Shown piece after piece: positions 16,938 through 25,900 of a stretch of DNA of 32,000 nt (position 1 is the first letter of the stretch; each line of letters begins with the position of its first letter). Under the pieces are notes generated by a model, which was not told where the DNA came from, did no database searches, and saw nothing but the letters and a program-made list of their open reading frames with translations. Position numbers and translations under genes: made by a program. Source of the DNA: Candidatus Poriferisodalis sp. (GTDB lineage Bacteria; Actinomycetota; Acidimicrobiia; Acidimicrobiales; Poriferisodalaceae); NCBI RefSeq assembly GCF_965208925.1, contig NZ_OZ242364.1:3212928-3244927 (forward strand), written 5' to 3'.

Positions 16938-17601
16938 CACTGTGCTGACGTCGCTGCAGCAACGTGTGCGCAGCATCATCGCGGGGTTGCCCGAGGCCGA
17001 CACAGTGGCTCTGGCTGGCGGCGGTGCGCTCATTGTTCACGGCATCGTCGACCGGGCCACTACGGACCTGGATTTCTTCTCGCCCACTGACGTTGATGTA
17101 CGCATTTTCGCTGAGGCGACGTGCTCCGCTCTCGAGCAAGAAGGTCTCGGCGTCGCCATGGAGAGATCGAGTGCTGAATTCGTGCGTCTCCTCGTCAGAG
17201 ACGGCAACGACGAGCTGAGTATCGACATCGGAATCTCCGGCCGTGCGTTTCCTCCAGTGTCCACCGCGCAGGGTCGGGTCCTCGCTGCTGAAGACCTCGC
17301 CGGTGACAAACTGCTGGCTCTCTTCGGTCGTGCCGAGCCACGCGACTTCATCGACGTCTACGCGCTCTCCGCCCGATTCGACGTCATAGACCTTTGCGAC
17401 TTCGCCGCCGACAAGGATCAAGGTTTCAGCCTCGAACAGCTGCGCGACGCCCTCAGCGTGTTCGACCACCATCCACGTCAAGCGTTCCCGATCACCGATC
17501 CAGAATTCGAGACACTGCGCGACTGGGTTCATTCCTGGCGCGGCCAACTGCCGCGCTCAAGCCAATCGTCACGCAATGATCGCGGAAGCACATCGGAGTA
17601 G
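16930..17601 (+). CDS. Nucleotidyltransferase AbiEii/AbiGii (DUF1814, MenT-like) toxin family protein
   Basis: 223 aa. The NTase core is ALAGGGALIVHGIVDRATTDLDFF (hGG...DxD), followed by LSIDIG and the family-typical GDKLLALFGRAEPRDFIDVYAL. The start is the TTG at 16930 or the GTG at 16942. Confidence 0.8.
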   Translation: MPSTVLTSLQQRVRSIIAGLPEADTVALAGGGALIVHGIVDRATTDLDFFSPTDVDVRIFAEATCSALEQEGLGVAMERSSAEFVRLLVRDGNDELSIDIGISGRAFPPVSTAQGRVLAAEDLAGDKLLALFGRAEPRDFIDVYALSARFDVIDLCDFAADKDQGFSLEQLRDALSVFDHHPRQAFPITDPEFETLRDWVHSWRGQLPRSSQSSRNDRGSTSE

Positions 17602-17607
17602 TAGGAG

Positions 17608-18282
17608 ATGGCCGTCAAGTGTCCCGCCTGCCGGATCACCGACCAACGGGTCTGGCTGGGAATTGTCGAGACAACGCTCAACGAAATCTTGGACGAAGTG
17701 TCAGAGTCACCTCGTCTGGACACCGCCGGCAGCAGTATCTGGTTGGCCCGCTGTGCGCGGGCTGACTGCTCAACTCTGGCCTACTGGTTGCGAACCCCAT
17801 CGGAGCACTCATTCGACGGATGGTCAGATGAGCGGTTCGCCGCCTTCCACCGGGATATCCGTCAGGCACCGGATCAAGGCCTGAATGGCGAAGAAGTGGA
17901 TCTCTACCGGGAGGCTGCCGCGGTAGCTGGACTCTCGCCTCGTTCCGCCTGCGCGCTTCTCAGACTCCTCCTGGAGTCGCTGCTCAAGCGTCACCTTGCT
18001 GATGCCGGGCACTCGATTAACAACAAGACGCTGTTCAAGCTGATCGAGCTGGCTGAACAAGAGCTCGATCTTTCGTCACTACTCAAGAGCGGACTTAGTG
18101 CAATCCGGGTCCAAGGCAACGAGGCCTCGCACGACATCTATGGGATCAGCGCCGAGACGGCCGACGCCAATGTGAAATGGCTGTTCGTCGCGATCGATCA
18201 ACTAATCGACGATCTCTACGTCAAGCCCCAGGTCTGGGCAGAACTCGAGCAGCGGCCCAATCCGGAAGAAGAGCCGTTCTGA
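17608..18282 (+). CDS. DUF4145 domain protein with an N-terminal CxxC...Cx4C zinc-ribbon-like module
   Basis: 224 aa. Cys5/Cys8 (CPAC) and Cys49/Cys54 (CARADC) form the ribbon-like module. The C-terminal half, LYREAAAVAGLSPRSACALLRLLLESLLKRHL...LFKLIELAEQE...LSAIRVQGNEASHD, fits the DUF4145 pattern (Y.EA...lR..lE.ll......L...I..L......l..iR..GN.a.H). The ATG lies 6 nt after the toxin stop, and the GGAG SD is inside the toxin's last codons. Confidence 0.75.
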   Translation: MAVKCPACRITDQRVWLGIVETTLNEILDEVSESPRLDTAGSSIWLARCARADCSTLAYWLRTPSEHSFDGWSDERFAAFHRDIRQAPDQGLNGEEVDLYREAAAVAGLSPRSACALLRLLLESLLKRHLADAGHSINNKTLFKLIELAEQELDLSSLLKSGLSAIRVQGNEASHDIYGISAETADANVKWLFVAIDQLIDDLYVKPQVWAELEQRPNPEEEPF

Positions 18283-18333
18283 GGCTGCATCACAAAGGCT
18301 CGGGTTCCGGTCTTGCACATCGAGCCTCGGGAC

Positions 18334-18377
18334 CGCACGGCAGTGATGGCGCTGGGGTGACCCCCTCGTGCCGTGCG
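18334..18377. terminator. 9-bp inverted repeat between the convergent DUF4145 and brxL-like genes (possible bidirectional terminator)
   Basis: CGCACGGCA (18334-18342) and TGCCGTGCG (18369-18377) are exact reverse complements. The 26-nt spacer contains an inner GGGG-tga-CCCC. No U-tract is present. Confidence 0.35.
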
Positions 18378-18397
18378 CCAGGGTCGCTCGGCGACGT

Positions 18398-20395
18398 CTA
18401 CCAGCGGGAGCGGATGTACTCCAGTGCGTCCTTCGTGTTGTAGAGCCGCGTCGAATTGCCCATCCGCACGTAGAACTCGGCGTCGTCGCTCAGGTAGACC
18501 GGCTTCGGGCTCGGTCGGATGTCGAGCCTGCAGACGTCGCCTTCCGGGAACTCCTCGAATGTCACATCAATGAGGGTGGCCGTCGGCGACTTCCCGATCT
18601 CTCGGTCGAGCCGCGTGATCAGCCAGTTTTCGAAACCGTCCCGACCGTTGTTGCCCGTCGTTGAGTAGTCATCCGCCAATCCGGTCGGGTTCTGCCTGTC
18701 GTGCACGCCGATCAGCAGGACGCCCCCGCCAGCGTTCATGAATCCAGCGACGGACTTCAGGACGCTGTGCTCAAGCTTCTTGTCGGCCTTGCCGGTGTAG
18801 GGGTTGAAGCGCGCCGTCTGCTTGTATTCGACGGTCTTGCTCTCGCCTGCCTCGATCAGCTCTGCCGTCGAGCGGCGCTGCTCGTGCTCGACCTCAGCCA
18901 CATCGAGGTCGGGCTCGGTCTCAAGTTCATCCGGTTGCTCTGGAACCTCGACCCAGATCTCGCGCCCGGTGTCCTCTTCCAGGTACGAGAACGCCGTCTT
19001 GGCATAGTCGTGGAACGCCAGCTTCTTCAGCTGCTCCTTGACCCGGCGTCGACCCTCCATGGCGAACTCGAGGTACTCCCGCAGTTCACCGTGGCCCCAC
19101 TCACCGTGCGGATGCAGGATCTTCACCAAACCCGACACGGTCTTGCGCACAGCGCGCTCGTCTCGGGCCGACAGATGCGAGCCAAGCCCGAAGTCAGCGT
19201 CGATCGCCCGCACCTGGCTGCTCTTGCGGAGTTGGCGCATCGCCTCGGCGAAGTAGTCAGACACGAATCCGAAGTGATCAGTGAAGAGCCTCGCTTCGAG
19301 CTTCGGAGCTTCCCAGCCAGGCAGGGAGTAGTGCAGCCGATCAAGGAACGCCGGATCGATCATCTGCGGCGGAAGATCGGCGAAGAGGTGTGCCGTACGA
19401 ACCAGCTCTTCATGGGGCTTCGAGGTGTTCCCGATGAACACGACCGACGCCTCGGCCGGGATCTCTTCCTTGCCGCGAGCAAATGACCCGGACTCCATGA
19501 AGTCCTTCAGCATGTTGACGACGGTCGAATCCCCCATCTGGAGGCCGGCGACCTCATCGAAGGCGACGACGTCCCACGTGCCGAGCAGACCGACTCGGCC
19601 GCTCGACATGTTCACGAACAGCTGAGCGACGGTGACCTTGCCGCCTGATATGAGGATCGCGTTCGGATTGGACTCACGGTAAACGAAGGACTTCCCGGTA
19701 CCCCACGGCCCGAGCTCGATGAGGTTGTAGTTCCGTTCCACCATCGGGAGCAGGCGCGTGAGTGCCAGCAGCTTGCCGCGATGGTCGTACTCGGTTGGCT
19801 CGAGACCGATGGTCCGCACGACAAGGTCGAGCCAGTCGTCACGGCTGAACTCCCGCCTGGCATCGACATAGGCGGGGAGGTCGAAGGCAGCGACCTGGAT
19901 GGGCTTCAGTCCAGCGATGTAGAAGGGTGTCTTCTGCGCCTTGTCCTCTAGGTCGTTGTAGACGAGGTCGATCTGCGACCAGGCACCGCCGCCGAGGAGA
20001 CGCTCGTACTTGTAAACGGTCTCCTCAGGGATGTTGATGAACTTCGACCCGAAGTTCGCCAACGTCGCCCAGAACTTCTTGTCGGACTCAACGAAACGGA
20101 CATCGACCTTGTCGATCAGGCGGTGCTTGCCCTTCTTCTTCAGTTCAGCCTTCGCCTGCTCGGACTCGTCAGGTCGGATGAAGTTGTCGGCGAGCACCTG
20201 ATTGACGACGGTGAGGCCAGCCTCGATCTCGAACGGGTCGGATGAGGCGCAGTACTTGCCAAGGAGGAACTCGAGCACATAAACGGGCACTGACGCGCCG
20301 ACCTTGACCTGACGCACCAGATCTTTACGCACGACTCGGCCAGGGAAGAACCGGTTGGCTAGCTCGTCGAGGCGGTCGTGTTCGCGCTCCGTCAC
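18398..20395 (-). CDS. brxL: BrxL-family AAA+ ATPase with a C-terminal AlbA_2/Schlafen-type domain in place of the Lon-like domain
   Basis: 665 aa. The N-terminus LANRFFPGRVVRKDLVRQVKVGASVPVYVLEFLLGKYCASSD matches BrxL/TIGR02688 as I remember it. Walker A is GPWGTGKS (aa 229-236) and Walker B is VVAFDEV (aa 275-281). YLEFAMEGRRRVKEQLKK follows, then an acidic linker. Residues ~510-665 (AELIEAGESKTVEYKQ...LKSVAGFMNAGGGVLLIGVHD...FYVRMGNSTR) fit the AlbA_2 (PF04326) pattern. GTGA overlap with the pglZ stop. Confidence 0.85.
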   Translation of the reverse strand: MTEREHDRLDELANRFFPGRVVRKDLVRQVKVGASVPVYVLEFLLGKYCASSDPFEIEAGLTVVNQVLADNFIRPDESEQAKAELKKKGKHRLIDKVDVRFVESDKKFWATLANFGSKFINIPEETVYKYERLLGGGAWSQIDLVYNDLEDKAQKTPFYIAGLKPIQVAAFDLPAYVDARREFSRDDWLDLVVRTIGLEPTEYDHRGKLLALTRLLPMVERNYNLIELGPWGTGKSFVYRESNPNAILISGGKVTVAQLFVNMSSGRVGLLGTWDVVAFDEVAGLQMGDSTVVNMLKDFMESGSFARGKEEIPAEASVVFIGNTSKPHEELVRTAHLFADLPPQMIDPAFLDRLHYSLPGWEAPKLEARLFTDHFGFVSDYFAEAMRQLRKSSQVRAIDADFGLGSHLSARDERAVRKTVSGLVKILHPHGEWGHGELREYLEFAMEGRRRVKEQLKKLAFHDYAKTAFSYLEEDTGREIWVEVPEQPDELETEPDLDVAEVEHEQRRSTAELIEAGESKTVEYKQTARFNPYTGKADKKLEHSVLKSVAGFMNAGGGVLLIGVHDRQNPTGLADDYSTTGNNGRDGFENWLITRLDREIGKSPTATLIDVTFEEFPEGDVCRLDIRPSPKPVYLSDDAEFYVRMGNSTRLYNTKDALEYIRSRW

Positions 20396-22911
20396 AACTC
20401 TTCCTGGACCATCACGTGAGCCGCCACCTCGATATCAACAGCATCGCCGAGGCGAATTCCGGTCGAAGCATCGAGCACTTCGAGGATGGCCACAGAACCG
20501 GCGGTGAGATTCTCCGAGATTCGCATGGTGATCACCTGGCTCTTGTCCACTGCCGCGTCAATGGTGCCAGTGACCGGGTCGAAACCGTCGCCACCGACGA
20601 CTCGAGCGATGCGCTTTCCATTCTGCGAGAGGACGACCCGTACAGGGCTCTCACTGGTGAACAAGTCGCCGGTCATCTGAATCGTGACGGCGACGACACC
20701 GGTGGTGATTCGTCCGCCCGCCACAGACAACTCGATCTCATACTTCGGCTCGGCTGTCGGCTCGTCCGACACCACCGTGATAACGGGCACGACGAGTTCT
20801 TGCGGAGACAGTCCGCCGTGGAAGAACTGCAGACCACCGCTGGCCACAAACACGCCGAGCCCCCGCGGGGCGATGATGTCGAGACCGCCGCCGATACCGA
20901 AGTCGGACAGCGGCACCTTCACGGTCGAGTCCGTCGCGGTGCCGCCGGTGCCGATCCAAGCCCGTCGATGCGGCTCTCCCCTGCCGGTTGGCGGCTTGTC
21001 GACCCGCAGCTTCTCCCCTAGCTCGCGGACGGCGAGGAATCCGTGGTCGGCTGTGAGAACGACGCGCCGGATGCCGGCGTGGAGCAAACGAGCGACTGCG
21101 GTTTGGAGCACATCGAGCGTGGAATCGAACGAGCCCCAGCTTGCAGCGAGCTGGTCGGTCTCGCCGTCTGCGTCGATCTCGGTCGACCTAACGAGCACGA
21201 GGGACGCTCCCTCGATGTGCTTCTTGAGTTCGCGATTGGTGTACTGCGCCAGTTTGTCGAGCGGTATATCGGCCACCTTGCCGTGAACCTTCTCGAACCG
21301 ATTGACTCGGTCAGAAACCGTTCGGACGGTCCTTCCCTGGATATGCACCGCGAGGCGCGAATCCGCATTCAGATCAATGTCGAATCGTTCCTCCGCACCA
21401 GGCGTGACTGCGGCCATGCCTATCGGCGTGATCGTCGGAGCAGCAGCTGCCACTGCGCGCACGTCGACGGTCGCATTCAGTCGCCCAAGCCTGGTAGCGA
21501 GGTCCCGGCCGAGTTCGTACCGCAGAGCATCTACGAGCACATATGCCGTGCGAGTCCGGCCGCGCACCTCTGCATGGTGAATGCGGCGCTGCTGCTCGTG
21601 ATCGGGGACGTTCGCATCGCTGGAAATCGCCTCCGCCGTCCGCCGCAGCACTTGGTCAAGCCACTGTTCGTAGCGTTGGCGGCCGAGCCGGAACGCATCG
21701 TCCAACTCATGCAGATCGGTGCCGGCGCTGACTCTCAGTAGCTCCATGCGGCGGTAGGCGCTGTCGACCTCCCAGCCGGTCGACGAGTACCAGTCGACAA
21801 CGGATGCCAACGACGCGGCCGCGGGCAGTTCGCTCTCCAGAGCAGCGTTCAGACCAGCGATGGCGGCAACTGCACGCCACCGAGCATGAAAGTCGTGACC
21901 CTCCAGCCGGTTCGGTTGCGCCCACCAGCTCGACTGCAAGCGCTCCTCGGCCAGTTCGCTCGCAGCATGCCAATCGCGTTCGCCGAGAAGGCGTCTGGCT
22001 TCAAGCAGCGCAAGCTCCTCAATGCCTGGGGTGAGATCAATGCTGCTCATCCCCTCCCGCCAAGTCATGACAGCGGCTGTGTGCAACGCGCTGTCAGCCT
22101 CGTTGGCGAGTTCAACGATGGCGGCCGAGCTCTCGGACAGTGCCCGGAGGAGGCCCCACGTGTCGTTGACGGTTTTGCGCTGTGGCGCCGTGACCGACGC
22201 GAATGCCCCGGTGAAATCGTCGGGCAGCATCCCCGTCGCCTCGTGGAGCACTGTGAGTACGAAGTGGCGAAACACTTCTGAGCGGAGAGCTGCCCCGTTG
22301 GCGACGTCGGCCTTGGCACCGGTCGACTTCGCAAAAAAGGCATGGGCGGCATCGAGGAGCACAGGTTCCGTCAGCTGCTCGTCGTACGAGCCCGAGAGCA
22401 GAGCCCGGGCGATAGCTGCTGTTCCTGACTCACCCACCAGCGTCATCAGTCGCGCATCCGCCTCGCTGGCACCGGCGTCCAGTGCCGCCTCCACCTCCGC
22501 CAGGGTTTGGCACTGCTTGCCCAACTCCTCAAGCCGCTGATCGGTCAGCTGGCCCCGGAGCGAATTGCGGATGACGGTGGGAAGCAAGCTGCGATGCGAG
22601 AATCCGACCGACCGCAACTCCTCAAGTGGGTCGTTCTCGGGCGCCGGAGCTGAAACGTAAACAAGCAGGTTGGGTGATGTCGCTCCAGCGAGTTGCGCTT
22701 CGATGTCCCGTCGGAGTGCAAACCAGCTTCCATCGAACGTAGCGACGGATACGCCTTCCGGAGCGATCTCACCGGCGACCGCGCCATAGGACTGCTCTCG
22801 GTCATCCCAGATAACGACGCCGTACCGCTGGAGCTTGCTAGCAAGCTCCCTTGCCAAGTGGTCTCGTACTGGCGTCACAACTGATCCGCGTACTTCGAGA
22901 CCGTCGACCAT
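20392..22911 (-). CDS. pglZ: BREX alkaline-phosphatase-superfamily protein PglZ
   Basis: 839 aa. The N-terminal region is ...YGVVIWDDREQSY. PglZ-domain motifs are YVLVDALRYELGRDL and VLTADHGF. The start is the ATG at 22911 (37-nt overlap with pglX) or the GTG at 22878 (GTGA overlap). Confidence 0.9.
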   Translation of the reverse strand: MVDGLEVRGSVVTPVRDHLARELASKLQRYGVVIWDDREQSYGAVAGEIAPEGVSVATFDGSWFALRRDIEAQLAGATSPNLLVYVSAPAPENDPLEELRSVGFSHRSLLPTVIRNSLRGQLTDQRLEELGKQCQTLAEVEAALDAGASEADARLMTLVGESGTAAIARALLSGSYDEQLTEPVLLDAAHAFFAKSTGAKADVANGAALRSEVFRHFVLTVLHEATGMLPDDFTGAFASVTAPQRKTVNDTWGLLRALSESSAAIVELANEADSALHTAAVMTWREGMSSIDLTPGIEELALLEARRLLGERDWHAASELAEERLQSSWWAQPNRLEGHDFHARWRAVAAIAGLNAALESELPAAASLASVVDWYSSTGWEVDSAYRRMELLRVSAGTDLHELDDAFRLGRQRYEQWLDQVLRRTAEAISSDANVPDHEQQRRIHHAEVRGRTRTAYVLVDALRYELGRDLATRLGRLNATVDVRAVAAAAPTITPIGMAAVTPGAEERFDIDLNADSRLAVHIQGRTVRTVSDRVNRFEKVHGKVADIPLDKLAQYTNRELKKHIEGASLVLVRSTEIDADGETDQLAASWGSFDSTLDVLQTAVARLLHAGIRRVVLTADHGFLAVRELGEKLRVDKPPTGRGEPHRRAWIGTGGTATDSTVKVPLSDFGIGGGLDIIAPRGLGVFVASGGLQFFHGGLSPQELVVPVITVVSDEPTAEPKYEIELSVAGGRITTGVVAVTIQMTGDLFTSESPVRVVLSQNGKRIARVVGGDGFDPVTGTIDAAVDKSQVITMRISENLTAGSVAILEVLDASTGIRLGDAVDIEVAAHVMVQEEL

Positions 22912-25900
22912 GCGTACTTGCCTTGCCTCAGCTCAGCGCGGTACTTCGCAGCGTCCTTCCATGCCGGAAACAGCGACGCCAACGGCGCGGCGTTAAGCAC
23001 CGCCCCATCGTCGAGGTCAGGCTCCCATCCAAAGTTGGCAATCCGATCCGCTTCGTCCCTGAAGGCAACAAGCTCGACGGCGAGCTTCTGCTCAGCGCCA
23101 AGCTCTTTCGAGACAGCAGCGATAGGTCGGCCAGCACCACCGTCCTCGTACTCCCGCTGCAGCGTGGCGATCCGTCGTTCCGCCAATCGTTGGCGCTGCT
23201 CAGCCTCTCGAACGGTGGCGAACAGCATCTCGCGAGATAGGCGAGGCATGTACAGCCAGACACCCCATGCCTTCGAAGGAACCTGGAGCTGCCAGTAGAT
23301 CGGAGCCTTACGACTGCTCATCGAGTACTGGACGAGGTGTTGAGAGAAGAACTTCGTGCGGATGTAGCGGCTCAGCTGCATCGGTGCGCCGACGAGCGAG
23401 GCGCTGAGATCCTCTACCGAACAGCCTGTGATGTACTCGAGCGCCAACGCTACGCGACGGCTTACGTCGCGGTCTTCGCCTGGATCATCCGGCATGACAG
23501 CATCGGAAGCAACCTCGATTGGGTAACTCGCACGTGCCGCTCGAAGTGCCCCTGGAGGTAGGGGGCGGCGCGGCTCCCAGGGGTGAGTCGAACTTGTCAC
23601 ATTCGAGGGATCTCGGCCGATTTCGATATCCCATCGACCGAAAGCACAACCGACGGCGTAGGAGACCAGATCAGCGAGCTGCTTCTCGCCCGTCGGTGGC
23701 GCTCGATAAGGTCCAACGTGGCCCTGCGCCAATTCGTGGACACGCTCCTCCAAGTCCTCGTCCAGCCACCAAACTGGCGGGACGCTTCCTTGGTGCCCTC
23801 CTTGTGAGTAGCTCGTCGGCAGGGCTCCGAATTCCTCGCTCAGCATCCGGCGATCGGATTCATCGAACCCCATGGCGTCCAGCACCGCTTCATCCACAGC
23901 CGCTAGCTCGGCGAACGGCGTCGCGGCCGGCTCGACCCGACCGTAGGGAGCGAGGAACCGACCTGTCGTCTCGTCCCAAGTGTCATTGGCGGCCTTCCAG
24001 TCGACGATCCTCGCAACCGCTGCGGCGACTGCACCGCTGTCCCAAAATGCCGGAACCTCCGGAAGCCTCTTGACAGCACCAACTTCCCAAGATCCGAACG
24101 TCGTCAAGTAGCCCAGGAACATCTGTCCGGCTCGGGAGAGCAGATAACCGAGGGCGCATAGAAGCGCCTCTTCACCGTCACCATCAATAAACACACCACT
24201 TCCCTTGTCGGCAAAGACCGCTCCATCCGGCATCACTCGGGGGTTGAAGCCCTTCACCGTTCGTCGTGGCCAGGTAAGCCCGCGCCGAAAGTAGTACTGC
24301 GTGTTCTGGGCCCGGCTGCCGCTGCAAGCGCGGATGCGCTCCCCGTCGTTTTCCCAGTCCACGAGGAGGTGGATGTCCCCCCAAAAGGGGCTGTATGCGC
24401 CACCCTTCGCGAACGGCACCCAGCGGCAACCATGTCGAGTGTCACTTGTCGAGAATCCGACTCTTTCGGGGTTGACCTCCCATGCTGCTCGTACGAACCG
24501 AAAATCATCACCTGTTGCCAGTCCCTGCCTCACCTCCGCGCATGCTGCGAACGCAGGCCGAGAGCGGAACTGATCCCTCATCGCTTGGCTCATCCAATAC
24601 GAGACGGGCCAGCCCGGCACTGCTCCAAACTCGGAAAGCTCGACCACGTATACGCGGTGGTCATCGTTGCCGACGCGGTGTGCGCCGCTCGTTTCCCTCA
24701 GAGCCTTGCTTCGATCCACCTCAGAGTTAACGCGCAGGAACACGCCTTCACCCTCCGGCTCTGCCCGAGCCAGCACGTACGCCGCAGCCTCGACCCGAGC
24801 GTCTTCCATCACCCGTTCACCGAGGTCAGCGAGGACGACGAAGCGATTCGCAAGCAGCACCTCCCTTCGCCACTTTTCGAAGGTCCTGGTAATCAGACCT
24901 CCACGTGACGTGATCGCTGCGCATGTGCCGACCCGCTCCTCAGCGAGTTCAAGCCCGCGTCCGACAAACGCCGCGAGAAGGTTGTAGTCCTTATTCGGAA
25001 TCCACGGGTAGGCCGCCTTCAGGTAAGTCTTGGACGCAAAGACAGGCTCGCCGAAGGGTGGATTCATCAAACACGCCGTGTACCGGCGGCTCATGGCTTC
25101 GATGAAGCGAACGGCGTCGTGTGCTTCGGCAGCGAAGAGTCTCTGTGCCACGGTCGACGTCGTCTGGTCAGCAATCGTCTCCAGCGTCTCCAAGACAACA
25201 GACTCGACGTTCACGGCATTACCGCCAGACCACCCTTCGGAAAGAGTTCCCTCAAGGTGGCCGGTCCCGAACACATCACGCGCCTCCCGGTCGAGCCTCT
25301 CTTCGATCTTGAGCAGCGGACCGAGCACCGGAGCCATGATGAGTTCCTCGGCTATCGCTTGCACGACCCGGCCGACGTGCGGCGGCAGGGTGGCGATTAG
25401 TTCGTCTGCCTCTGGAGTGTCTGGCAGTGAGCGGGCGCAGATCACGTTCGGTTTCGGCAGTGGCGTGCGGCAATGACGCCGTGCACGAAGGATCACAGCG
25501 GCCTGCGCAATCTGGGTAGCGCGAGGATCGATGTCGATGCCCCACAGCGACCGGACGATGTCAGGCGCCGCGTCTCCAGGTTCGACGCCAGCGTGCCGCC
25601 AAGCGGCCTCCAGCACGTCATAAGCACCGAGCAGGAAGTGACCGGACCCGCAAGCCGGGTCGAGCGCGCTCACCTCGCGGAGGTCGATCGGCTCCGCGGC
25701 GGGCTCAGGCACCTCGACGAGCATCGGCAATTCGCCCGCAAGCGCCGGGAACGACGCGGCGAGGTGCACGCCGAGGCCGTTCTGAACAAGGAACTCAACG
25801 ACGTACGAGGGCGTGAAGAACTGGTTCCGTACTGCAAGTTCCCTTGAGTTTCGGGGAGCTGAAGACTGCCGCATCTCCTTTCGTTCATCGGACGAGTTGA

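Noticed and set aside
18106-18132. The R167...H175 motif of the DUF4145 protein, considered as a HEPN RNase active site.
   Set aside because: The spacing is R-x7-H, outside the canonical HEPN Rx4-6H. I cannot confirm from memory that DUF4145 belongs to the HEPN clan. It is kept only as something to test structurally.
24377-24390. The homopolymer cluster CCCCCCAAAAGGGG inside pglX (G6 on the coding strand), considered as a possible phase-variation tract like the G-run reported in Streptomyces coelicolor pglX.
   Set aside because: Six residues is short for slipped-strand phase variation, and the run encodes conserved-looking residues (PFWGD). No longer tract exists elsewhere in pglX, so there is not enough to make the claim.
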